NCBI GenBank assembly: GCA_965223705.1 | Contig: OZ245015.1 | Span: forward strand, 3,072,001 to 3,136,000 | DNA: 64,000 nt | Direction: 5' to 3' | DNA from: Myxococcota bacterium | GTDB taxonomy: Bacteria > Myxococcota_A > UBA9160 > UBA6930 | Shown: positions 28,428 to 37,127 of the stretch, one piece after another | How the letters are laid out: the number at the start of each line of letters is the position of its first letter | How positions within the stretch are numbered: the stretch's first letter is position 1 | Made by a program: the position numbers and the translations under genes | Notes under the pieces: model-generated | What the model was told of the DNA's origin: nothing | The model's input: only the letters and a program-made list of their open reading frames with translations | Databases searched by the model: none

Positions 28428-28950
28428 TCGCTCGAGCCTCGGGGCGCGAGTGGAGCGACACCCACGACATCTCGGGATCGGCAGATTCCGGTAGCAACCG
28501 GTCTCCGGCTTGCACGTCGAGTTCGATCCAGCAGAGCTCTTCGGCGGCGCGCGCAATTCCGAATGCGTCGGGAAGCCCTCGTCGCATCTTCACCTTGTGA
28601 GTCGCTGCCTCGCGCGGCACCACCCGCAAGAAACGACGCAGCGCCTTCCCCACCGCCACGGGATTCCGCTCGGCGCGGACCAGGGCGTTGCAACGGGTGC
28701 CGCGAAGCAGGAGTTCCACACACTGCGATGATTCGAGCTCTTTGGTCCACTGCGTCGGCGGAAAGATATCGAGATAGGGCCCGCGCGGTGCGTAGCTCAC
28801 CGGGACCTCCTCGGGCTTTCCCGCACCGAGTGGCGCTACGCGAAGAACCAGCACCGAACTCGAGAGCAGCGGGTGAAACCGCGACTTCAAGATCCGCGAG
28901 ATGATCGGATGGAGTATCCGAGTTCGGAGGCGTGCGATCGGTCGACTCAT
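28420..28950 (-). CDS. Hypothetical protein, weakly like split-barrel deazaflavin-dependent (Ddn/FDOR) oxidoreductases
   Basis: ILKSRFHPLLS..VLVL....G.....PVSY....W.KEL.....VELLLRG pattern; TGATG coupling to upstream gene. Confidence 0.5.
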   Translation of the reverse strand: MSRPIARLRTRILHPIISRILKSRFHPLLSSSVLVLRVAPLGAGKPEEVPVSYAPRGPYLDIFPPTQWTKELESSQCVELLLRGTRCNALVRAERNPVAVGKALRRFLRVVPREAATHKVKMRRGLPDAFGIARAAEELCWIELDVQAGDRLLPESADPEMSWVSLHSRPEARAIR

Positions 28951-29594
28951 CAATCGAGATCGTTAACGAAGTCCACCGTGCACTCAACGGCTCTTTCGAG
29001 ATGTGCCGAAAACGTCTCTCCCGAGCGTTTTCGTGGCTTGAAAGAGTGGTCTCCATCCAACAACCACAGAAACTCGATCCGCGATGACAAGCGCAACGCG
29101 TCGACTTCCTCTCGCGAACCCAACGCATCCCGAGTGCCCTGGATAATCAATGTCCGCGTGCGCAGATCTTCCAAGTGTGTCGTTCGCAACACAGCGGGTT
29201 TACCGGGCGGATGGAAGGGGTAACCGAAGCACACGAGGCCGCGTGCACCGACCTCGTCCGCAATCATGCTCGCGATGCGGCCCCCCATCGACTTGCCCGC
29301 GATCACCCAACGCGACCCGCCCCCGAGATGTTGGATCACACTGCGCCAGGTCGCCTCGAGTACGGGCGTTCGGTCGGGCCCCCTCCGCCTGGCGTCGGCG
29401 CGGCGCTTCTGCATATAGGGAAATTCGAAGCGCACCACGCGAAGGTCGCGTTGCGCGAGCCCGTCGGTCAGCACTTGCAGAAAGAAATCAGTCACCGGCG
29501 CGCCCGCACCGTGGGTCAGGATCACGCCGTGGTCCGCTTGCTCTGGCCCGTCGAAATAGAGCTTCGGAAGCGGCGGTTCCGACGCGTCGCTCAC
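28950..29594 (-). CDS. Alpha/beta hydrolase (Tex30/KANSL3-like)
   Basis: HGAGA, RFEFPYM, GKSMGGR, GYPFHPPGK, QGTRD, GDHSF. Confidence 0.9.
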   Translation of the reverse strand: MSDASEPPLPKLYFDGPEQADHGVILTHGAGAPVTDFFLQVLTDGLAQRDLRVVRFEFPYMQKRRADARRRGPDRTPVLEATWRSVIQHLGGGSRWVIAGKSMGGRIASMIADEVGARGLVCFGYPFHPPGKPAVLRTTHLEDLRTRTLIIQGTRDALGSREEVDALRLSSRIEFLWLLDGDHSFKPRKRSGETFSAHLERAVECTVDFVNDLD

Positions 29595-30889
29595 AATGAA
29601 GCGCTGCCCCCGGCTTCGTCGATCTCCCGCACGTACCTGAAGTCCTCTTCGATGGAACGCGATGCGACCCAGAAATGAAAGGCGGACCACGCGTACATCA
29701 CGCCCGACACGATCGCGAGCGCGTAGCGCAAAGAATCGACGCCGTAGCGCGGCGCCAGGAGGTCACTCGCCAACCCGGTCGTAAACGGACCGAACATCAA
29801 CCCGATGATGTTGATCACGAAGTACAAGGCTGCCGCGGCCGTGACGCGCATGGTCGTCGGCGCGAGGCTCTGGCTCGCGGCGAGCACCGGTCCTTGGTAC
29901 GCCTGTCCGAGTAGGCCGACGCCCATCAAAAGCGTCAGGCACAGCCACTGCGAGCCCGTCAACCAACCGAAGACCGCGAACGGGAGAGACCCCGCCATCG
30001 CAATGCAGGGGACGAGGACATACGAGCGCCGGTCCGTTCGCGCCCAGACGTCGGCGAGCTTGCCGCCCCAGACCGTCGCAATCGCTCCTCCCACTCCGAT
30101 GATGACGGCCGAGGCCATCCCGATTTCGGTGGGAGTCATGCCATGACTCCGCTCGAGAACAGACGGCAAGAGAAACGCGAACGAGTAGCCGGCGAAGGCG
30201 TAGAGGCCCCCGGCGAACGAGAGGTGGCGGAAAGAGCGGCGTTCCCACAGAAAACGCGCGACACGCCAGAACGCGGGCTGCTCGGTGGCCGCGCGCGGCG
30301 GTTCCCGCAACGTGAATCGAACCAGGATCGCGACGAGCAGGCCCGGAAGGCCGACGACCAGAAAGGCCACGCGCCAATCGAACGCTTCGCGTAGATAGCC
30401 ACCCGAGAGGTAACCGATCAGAATCCCCGCTGGAACACCCAGCGAGAAAATCGCCAGCGCCGTCGCTCGCTTCGCGGGTTCGACATAGTCGCTGATCAGC
30501 GAGATCGCCGGCGGACTGCCGCCGGCCTCGCCGATCCCGACGCCGACGCGGTAGACAAGAAGCTGCGAAAAGCCTCGCGCCGTGCCACAGAGTGCCGTCA
30601 TGACGCTCCAGATCGCGATGCAAATGGCCATGACACCGCGCCGCGAGTAGCGATCCGCCAAGCGTCCGATGGGAATGCCGAGCGTCGCGTAGAACAGCCC
30701 GAACGCCGTCCCCGACAGCAAACCGAGCTGCCAATCCGCGAGCGACAGTTCCTCTTTGATGGGCTGCAACAGGATCGCCAGAATTTGCCGGTCGATGAAG
30801 TTGACGGTGTACACGACGAAGCACAGGCCCAGCGCGTAGCGAACGTACGCGTCGGAGTAGCGCTTCTCGTGATCCGGCGAGCCGGTCAT
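29591..30889 (-). CDS. Spinster-family MFS transporter
   Basis: NFIDRQIL, GRLADRYSRR, RVGVGIGEAG; about 12 TM helices. Confidence 0.93.
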   Translation of the reverse strand: MTGSPDHEKRYSDAYVRYALGLCFVVYTVNFIDRQILAILLQPIKEELSLADWQLGLLSGTAFGLFYATLGIPIGRLADRYSRRGVMAICIAIWSVMTALCGTARGFSQLLVYRVGVGIGEAGGSPPAISLISDYVEPAKRATALAIFSLGVPAGILIGYLSGGYLREAFDWRVAFLVVGLPGLLVAILVRFTLREPPRAATEQPAFWRVARFLWERRSFRHLSFAGGLYAFAGYSFAFLLPSVLERSHGMTPTEIGMASAVIIGVGGAIATVWGGKLADVWARTDRRSYVLVPCIAMAGSLPFAVFGWLTGSQWLCLTLLMGVGLLGQAYQGPVLAASQSLAPTTMRVTAAAALYFVINIIGLMFGPFTTGLASDLLAPRYGVDSLRYALAIVSGVMYAWSAFHFWVASRSIEEDFRYVREIDEAGGSASL

Positions 30890-30951
30890 GTGGAACCTCC
30901 CGGGTGAACCGCGATAGAGCCGTTTCGGCCGCGCCAGCCTAACATCGCGCT

Positions 30952-31614
30952 ATGGACGAGGGGATCATTCGTGGCGAAGACGGCCGAAATCGCTGTTGGT
31001 GGGGAGCGAGCCACCCCGACTACGCGGAATACCACGATCAGGAGTGGGGAATGCCCGTCCGAGACGACCGCCGACTCTTCGAGAAGATCTGCCTCGAGGG
31101 GTTCCAGTCCGGCCTGTCTTGGCTGACGATCCTGCGCAAGCGCGAGAACTTCCGCGCGGCGTTCGCCGACTTCGACTTCGAGCGCGTCGCGCGCTTCAAC
31201 CGGCGAAGCGTGGAACGCCTGCTCCGAGATGCCGGAATCGTTCGCCACCGTGGCAAGATCGAGTCGGCGATCCACAACGCGAAACTCGCCTGCGACCTGC
31301 GCGACGAGTGTGGAAGCCTCGCGGCGTATTTTTGGTCCTTTGAGCCGGACGAGGCGGATCGGCCGACGCGGTTCGATCGCAAGACGCTCGGCGCTTGGAC
31401 CGAGTCCGCTGCGTCCCGCGCGGTCTCGAAAGACTTGAAGAAGCGCGGTTTCACCTACGTCGGCCCGACGACCGTCTACGCCTTCATGCAGGCGATGGGA
31501 CTGGTGAACGATCATGTCGAAGGCTGCGCGTCGCGCGTGTCGTGTGAGCGCTCGAGGGCGACGTTCCGCCGCCCGAAACGTCGCAAGGTTTCACGCGAGA
31601 AAAGTCAGTCGTAA
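30952..31614 (+). CDS. tag: DNA-3-methyladenine glycosylase I
   Basis: RCWW, YHDQEWG, LEGFQSGLSW.TILRKR, GPTTVYAFMQAMGLVNDH...C. Confidence 0.97.
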   Translation: MDEGIIRGEDGRNRCWWGASHPDYAEYHDQEWGMPVRDDRRLFEKICLEGFQSGLSWLTILRKRENFRAAFADFDFERVARFNRRSVERLLRDAGIVRHRGKIESAIHNAKLACDLRDECGSLAAYFWSFEPDEADRPTRFDRKTLGAWTESAASRAVSKDLKKRGFTYVGPTTVYAFMQAMGLVNDHVEGCASRVSCERSRATFRRPKRRKVSREKSQS

Positions 31615-32507
31615 TCGACAGGGGTCGAGTAGCGATCTTCGTCGTGCGCTTCCCAGTAGCGATTGCGCAGCCAGGTCGTGACGTCGCCGGGGACACCGCC
31701 GCCGACAGGAGCCCCGTTGAGCGTCGTCATCGGCATCACGCCGCCGGCAGTGCTCGTCGCGAACACCTCGTCCGCTTCGGGAAGCCACTGTGCGGGTATC
31801 GGCGCGATACGCGTCGGGATGTTCTGCTCTTCCGCCAATTCGAGTACGGTGCGGCGCGTGATGCCCTCGAGGGCGCCGTGCGGAGGAGTCATCAATTCAC
31901 CCCCGGCGACCGCGAAAATATTGAAGCCCGGGCCCTCGGTCAGATTTCCCTCCGCGTCGGGCAGGACGACGTGTTGTCCACCGCGCCGATACGCCTCGTA
32001 CAGGCCCCGCGTGAGATCGGCCCAGTGGAAGTTCTTGATCGTGGGATCGACGGCTTGTGACGGGATTCGGATCGTCTCCTCGGCGACGACCAGGTGCGAA
32101 CCCTTTTCCTGCTCTTCGGGCGGCACGATCCACACATAGGGAACCGCGTAGGCGTAGAACCGATTGGTAAATCGCCGCGGGTCGCGATTGCCTCCTTGTG
32201 CGACGCCGCGCGTCGCAATCATGTCGACGTAGGCCTCGCGCAACCCGGATCGGCGCACGCATGTCATCAGCACGTCCCGGATCTCGTTCCGATCGAGCGG
32301 CAACTCCATGTAGAGCGCGCGATAACTCGCTTCGAACCGCTCGAGGTGCGCGTCGAGGCGAAAAAACCGCCCTTTCCACACCGCGACCACGTCGTAGGTC
32401 GCATCGGATTTGAGGAATCCGAGATCTGTCAGGGGAATTCGCGCGTCGTCGATCGAGCTGTATCGGCCCTCGACGTAGGCGCAACCTTCGGGAAACGCGG
32501 CCGCCAT
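31605..32507 (-). CDS. PLP fold-IV aminotransferase, (R)-selective amine transaminase-like
   Basis: D.GF..SDATYDV..VW.GRFFRL, DPTIKNFHWADL, TEGPGFN, GITR, STAGG. Confidence 0.88.
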   Translation of the reverse strand: MAAAFPEGCAYVEGRYSSIDDARIPLTDLGFLKSDATYDVVAVWKGRFFRLDAHLERFEASYRALYMELPLDRNEIRDVLMTCVRRSGLREAYVDMIATRGVAQGGNRDPRRFTNRFYAYAVPYVWIVPPEEQEKGSHLVVAEETIRIPSQAVDPTIKNFHWADLTRGLYEAYRRGGQHVVLPDAEGNLTEGPGFNIFAVAGGELMTPPHGALEGITRRTVLELAEEQNIPTRIAPIPAQWLPEADEVFATSTAGGVMPMTTLNGAPVGGGVPGDVTTWLRNRYWEAHDEDRYSTPVDYD

Positions 32508-32603
32508 GTGGGTCTCCGTAAGGATCTCGGGCCAGGATATCGTTGATTTTCTCCTGCGTTGCGTTTAAAAGGCGGGTTCTCCCCGAATCGAATCGAGGAT
32601 CGC

Positions 32604-33917
32604 ATGCCCCCCGCCCTTCGCCGCCTTCTCTGCGCCTTCCCCACGTTGCTCATGGCGTCCGCTGCACAAGCGGAGGACGGCATCAGCGCGGGCGACACGG
32701 CGTGGATCCTCACGTCCTCTGCGTTGGTGCTGTTCATGACCATTCCCGGTCTAGCGCTTTTCTACGGCGGCCTCGTTCGCACCAAGAACGTCCTGTCCGT
32801 CTTGATGCAGTGCTTCGCGTTGACCGGCGCCGTCACCGTCGCCTGGCTCGTCGCGGTCTACAGTTTGGCGTTCGACAGCACCGGAATGGAAGCCGGCGTG
32901 ACGAACATCCACTCGTTCATCGGCGGGTTGGGAAAGGCCTTTCTCTCGGGCGTCACGGCCGAGACGCCGTCGGGTTCGATTCCGGAAGTCCTTTTCTTCG
33001 GCTTCCAGATGACCTTCGCGATTATCACCCCGGCCCTGATCGTCGGCGCGTTCGCGGAACGGATGAAGTTCTCGGCGATGCTCATCTTCTCGCTGCTGTG
33101 GATGGTTGTCGTGTACGCCCCGATTTGTCACATGACCTGGGGCGGCGACGGTGGATTCTTCGCGGACCTGGGCGTCTTCGACTTCGCCGGCGGTATCGTC
33201 GTCCACATCACGGCGGGTGTAGCGGCGCTCGTCGCGTGTCTGGTGATCGGACCGCGCGAAGGCTACCCGCGGACTCCGATGCCTCCTCACAACCTCACGA
33301 TGTGCGTGATCGGAACCGGCATGCTGTGGGTCGGCTGGTACGGCTTCAACGGCGGCAGCGCACTCGCCGCCGACGGATCCGCCGCGATGGCGGTGGTCGT
33401 GACACAAATCTCCGCCGCGACGGCGGCGCTCACGTGGATGAGCATCGAGTGGTTCCGCCACGGCAAGCCGAGCATGCTCGGCCTGGCGACCGGAGCGATC
33501 GCCGGTCTCGCGGCGGTCACTCCCGCTTCGGGTTTCATCGGTCCGGTCGGGGGGCTCTGCATCGGCTTCGCTTCGGGCGCGCTTTGCTACCTCGCATCGA
33601 CGTCGCTGAAGAACGCCCTCGGCTACGACGATTCTCTCGACGTGTTCGGAGTCCACGGCGTCGGCGGTTTCATCGGCACCGTATTGGCCGCGGTCTTCGC
33701 ATCGGCGGTGTTCGGAGGCAACCAGGGTGACTTGGCGATCGGTCGGCAGCTCGGCGTCCAGATCGGTGCGGGGCTCGGTACGGCGTTGTTTACTGCGGTT
33801 GCGAGCTTCGTACTGCTGAAGATCACGGACGCACTGGTCGGCTTGCGTGTCAATCAGGACGAGGAGTCCATCGGCCTCGACCTGTCACAGCACAATGAGG
33901 TCGGTTACGACCTCTAG
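32604..33917 (+). CDS. amtB: Ammonium transporter
   Basis: GLALFYGG, FQMTFAIIT, DFAGGIVVH, GWYGFN, DDSLDVFGVHG (twin His). Confidence 0.96.
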   Translation: MPPALRRLLCAFPTLLMASAAQAEDGISAGDTAWILTSSALVLFMTIPGLALFYGGLVRTKNVLSVLMQCFALTGAVTVAWLVAVYSLAFDSTGMEAGVTNIHSFIGGLGKAFLSGVTAETPSGSIPEVLFFGFQMTFAIITPALIVGAFAERMKFSAMLIFSLLWMVVVYAPICHMTWGGDGGFFADLGVFDFAGGIVVHITAGVAALVACLVIGPREGYPRTPMPPHNLTMCVIGTGMLWVGWYGFNGGSALAADGSAAMAVVVTQISAATAALTWMSIEWFRHGKPSMLGLATGAIAGLAAVTPASGFIGPVGGLCIGFASGALCYLASTSLKNALGYDDSLDVFGVHGVGGFIGTVLAAVFASAVFGGNQGDLAIGRQLGVQIGAGLGTALFTAVASFVLLKITDALVGLRVNQDEESIGLDLSQHNEVGYDL

Positions 33918-34972
33918 GAAGTCGTCGCCGCGGCGTCCGCGATGATCGCGAGAAGATCGCCTCGGGCCTCTCGCGCGGCGAGGCAAAGCGCCCACTGTGC
34001 GCGCGCTCGGTCGAGGTTGTGTTCTCCGGCTCCGGGGTAGCGCGATCGGTCATAGGTCCAGTGACGCTCGCGAAGTGCATCGGCCGCGAACCGGATCGCC
34101 AATTCGTGACTGATCCGCTCGATGCCAAAAGCGAGTGAGCGGAGCTCGGCGCGCTCGAGCTGGAAACGAATCGCCCCCAGATAGTGTTCGATCGACGCGC
34201 GAAACACGTCGAGGTCGATCTCGGGTGAAGCGGTGTCCTCCGCGCTCCGGTTGCACCACGAACGCCACGCGTCGCCGAGTTCGACAAACAACGGGCGTCG
34301 TCCCACGGTGTCGAGATCGATGAGTGCGTGGCCCTGGTATCGCCCGTCGTCTTCGACGAACAACAAGTTGTTGAACTTGAGATCCCCGTGAACCACCCGA
34401 TCGGGCAAGGCACCGAGCGCATCCCATTCAGGTGGCGTAGAGAGCAGCTCGTCGGCGAGTTCCGCTACGGGCTTCATCAAACGGTGGGATGGAAGCGCAC
34501 GCAAGGCGTCTTTCAGATCGCTCCGGTGCGAGTCCCAATCATGAAACGGAAAGCCCAGAGGTTCGAGCCTCTCGTCAAAGTCGTTCAGTGCCGAGTGGAA
34601 CTCGGCGACCAGTGCGCCCGCGGCTGCAGCGAGCTCGGGGCTGTCGCATGCCGGTCGCGACGCTCCGTCGAGTTTCGTCATCAAACGCCAACGGCCGCCG
34701 TCTGAGGTCATCGTCGAACGAGACCCGGCGCGCGACGGAATCAAGCGCAGGGTTCGTACGCCGCGCTCTCGCAAACGTCGGGTGACCCGTTCGATGTTCG
34801 CTAGGACCGGTGCACCGAAGTCGGGGTGCATGCGCTGTAGGATGTACGAAGCTTCGCCGTCGAGCACGGTGTAGGTCTCATGGATGAGTCCTTCGCGCAG
34901 CGGTGTCGCGGTCGGCGGACCGACGAATTCATAGGCCGCGAGCGCTTCCGCGAGCGCTGTCCGGTCACTCAC
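33914..34972 (-). CDS. APH/N-acetylhexosamine-kinase-like phosphotransferase
   Basis: GLIHETY, YILQR, VHGDLKFNNLLF, LIDLDT. Confidence 0.85.
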   Translation of the reverse strand: MSDRTALAEALAAYEFVGPPTATPLREGLIHETYTVLDGEASYILQRMHPDFGAPVLANIERVTRRLRERGVRTLRLIPSRAGSRSTMTSDGGRWRLMTKLDGASRPACDSPELAAAAGALVAEFHSALNDFDERLEPLGFPFHDWDSHRSDLKDALRALPSHRLMKPVAELADELLSTPPEWDALGALPDRVVHGDLKFNNLLFVEDDGRYQGHALIDLDTVGRRPLFVELGDAWRSWCNRSAEDTASPEIDLDVFRASIEHYLGAIRFQLERAELRSLAFGIERISHELAIRFAADALRERHWTYDRSRYPGAGEHNLDRARAQWALCLAAREARGDLLAIIADAAATTS

Positions 34973-34998
34973 CGGGCTACCCGGCCAAGAGAGAGGGC

Positions 34999-35556
34999 GT
35001 GGTTTTGTCCGAGCGAGTCATCGAGGTCGCTATCGCGAAGACGTGGCAAGGGGACCCAGCGCGCCCCGATGAAAGCGCGCGGATTCGCCTCTGGCGCGTA
35101 CCGGAGGGGCTCCGGGTGTCGAGCGACGCTCCCGATCACGGCGACCCGCTCCCGTCTCACCCACCCGGGCGCACCCCGGAACTCTGGGAGCACGAAGTTC
35201 TCGAGCTCTTCATCGCGGGCGCCGACGGTCACTACCTGGAGATCGAGTGGGGTCCCCGCGGTCACCACCTGGGGCTCTTGCTGTCGGCCTACCGCCAGGT
35301 CGATGCGGAGTTCGCGCCGGATCATTTTCGCTTCGAATCGGCTGGGCCGCGCGTTCACTCGGAGTTCCTTCTCTCGGCGTCGCATTTACCGCTGTGGCCG
35401 TGGTCACTCAATGCGTACGCAATCCACGGCGTGGGTGAAAGCCGTCGATACTTAGCGGCCTATCCGGTCTCCGGCCCGGGAATCACCGAGCCCGATTTTC
35501 ATCGGTTGGAGTTTTTTCGGCCGGCGCCGACAGGGCTGAAGCCCGTTACCCGCTAG
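34999..35556 (+). CDS. UPF0462/C4orf33-like protein (CBM9-like fold)
   Basis: I..TW.G, ELWEHEVLELF, YLEIE.GPRGHHL.LLL, NAYAIHG, RYLA.YPV, PDFHRLEFF. Confidence 0.75.
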   Translation: MVLSERVIEVAIAKTWQGDPARPDESARIRLWRVPEGLRVSSDAPDHGDPLPSHPPGRTPELWEHEVLELFIAGADGHYLEIEWGPRGHHLGLLLSAYRQVDAEFAPDHFRFESAGPRVHSEFLLSASHLPLWPWSLNAYAIHGVGESRRYLAAYPVSGPGITEPDFHRLEFFRPAPTGLKPVTR

Positions 35557-35972
35557 TCCTCTCGCCGCGGCGGTCTTCGATCGCGCTTGACCCGGGAATC
35601 GCGTTGTTTTTGCCGCAGACGCCTCTCTTTGGACGCGCGTGTCGGCCGTGTCGGTCGTCTCGGTTTCGGCGCTTTCGCCACATCCCGCAACATGTCTTCG
35701 AGCTTTCCCACGCAATCGGCCACGTTCCGCCCCTGGTCTCGAAAGCGCTGCGAATGAAGGACGAGCTCCCCCTCGGCGTTGATGCGCCGCCGATAGCGCG
35801 CGCTGAACCGCTCGCGCACGTCGGCCGTAAACGCCCGCGAGGCCGCGACGTTCCAACGCAGTGTCACGCGCGTATTCGCCTTGTTCACGCGCTGACCGCC
35901 GGGACCACGGCTGCGACTCCACTCGAAGCGGAGCTCGCGAACCGGCGCGCGGATCTCGGAATCGTCGGACAT
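35553..35972 (-). CDS. arfB: Alternative ribosome-rescue peptidyl-tRNA hydrolase
   Basis: SRSRGPGGQRVNK; basic tail RRPTRPTRASKERRLRQK. Confidence 0.95.
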   Translation of the reverse strand: MSDDSEIRAPVRELRFEWSRSRGPGGQRVNKANTRVTLRWNVAASRAFTADVRERFSARYRRRINAEGELVLHSQRFRDQGRNVADCVGKLEDMLRDVAKAPKPRRPTRPTRASKERRLRQKQRDSRVKRDRRPPRRED

Positions 35973-36055
35973 CGCCCCAAGATCGCCCCGATTGCGGACG
36001 CCGTCGAACCGGAAGTATGGTTCGACCTGCCGCAACCCGAGCCAAAGGAGCTGTC

Positions 36056-37126
36056 ATGGAAGTCGGAATGGGTGTGATCTTTCAAAACCCGGACGAGCGG
36101 ATCCCGGACGTCGAGGTGTACCAGCAGGAACTGCGGTTGGGAGACCTGGCGGAACCGCTGGGCTTCGATTCGCTCTGGGGCGTCGAGCACCACTTCACCG
36201 ACTACACCATGTGTCCGGACGTCCTCCAATACCTGACGTATTTCGCGGGTCGCACCGAGAAGATTCGCCTGGGTTCCGCCGTGGTCGTGCTGCCGTGGCA
36301 CGACCCGATGCGGGTCGCCGAGCAGGTCGCGATGGTCGACGCGATGAGCGGAGGCCGCCTCATTCTCGGGATCGGCCGGGGCTTGGGTCGCGTCGAGTTC
36401 GAAGGATTCCGAGCGGACATGAACGACAGCCGCGCGTACTTCGTGGAGTCCGCAGAGATGATCCTTCGGGGACTCGAGCGCGGTTACTGCGAGTACGACG
36501 GACGCTTGATCCAGCAGCCGCGGCGCGATATCCGACCTCGGCCGCAGAAGAGCTTCAAAGGCCGTGTGTACGCCGCGGCCGTCTCTCCGGAATCGGCGGC
36601 GGTCATGGCGAAGCTCGGGGTCGGTATGTTGATCATTCCCCAGAAGCCCTGGGAAGACGTCGCCGATGAGCTCAAGACCTACCGGGAAATCTTTCGCGAC
36701 GCGAACGGAAGCGAGGCGCCGGCGCCGTACGCTGCGGGCTGGGTGTTCTGCGACGAGGACGCGGGACGCGCGGAAGAAGAAGCGCGCAAATGGATCGGGA
36801 ACTACTGGCACTCCGTGGTGAAGCACTACGAGCTCAAGGGCGACCACCTGAGCCACATCAAGGGCTACGAGTCCTACAAGGCCATGCAGGATGCGGTTGC
36901 GACGCCTGAAGCCCTCGAAGCGACGATCGACTTCTTCTTGAGCCTCCAAGTCTGGGGCACGCCGGCCCAGTGCTACGACAAGATCCAGGACATCTCGAAG
37001 CGGCTCGGGTCCGAGGCGTTCTTCGGCGTGTTCGCGTACGGAGGGATGCCGTACGACACGGCGGAGAGAAACCTTCGAACGTTCGCGACAACGGTGATGC
37101 CGGAGCTCCAGAAGGGCCGCAACTGA
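36056..37126 (+). CDS. LLM-class flavin-dependent monooxygenase
   Basis: AEPLGFDSLWGVEHHF, PWHDPMRVAE, SGGRLILGIGRG; AAGGAG RBS. Confidence 0.93.
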   Translation: MEVGMGVIFQNPDERIPDVEVYQQELRLGDLAEPLGFDSLWGVEHHFTDYTMCPDVLQYLTYFAGRTEKIRLGSAVVVLPWHDPMRVAEQVAMVDAMSGGRLILGIGRGLGRVEFEGFRADMNDSRAYFVESAEMILRGLERGYCEYDGRLIQQPRRDIRPRPQKSFKGRVYAAAVSPESAAVMAKLGVGMLIIPQKPWEDVADELKTYREIFRDANGSEAPAPYAAGWVFCDEDAGRAEEEARKWIGNYWHSVVKHYELKGDHLSHIKGYESYKAMQDAVATPEALEATIDFFLSLQVWGTPAQCYDKIQDISKRLGSEAFFGVFAYGGMPYDTAERNLRTFATTVMPELQKGRN

Positions 37127-37127
37127 G

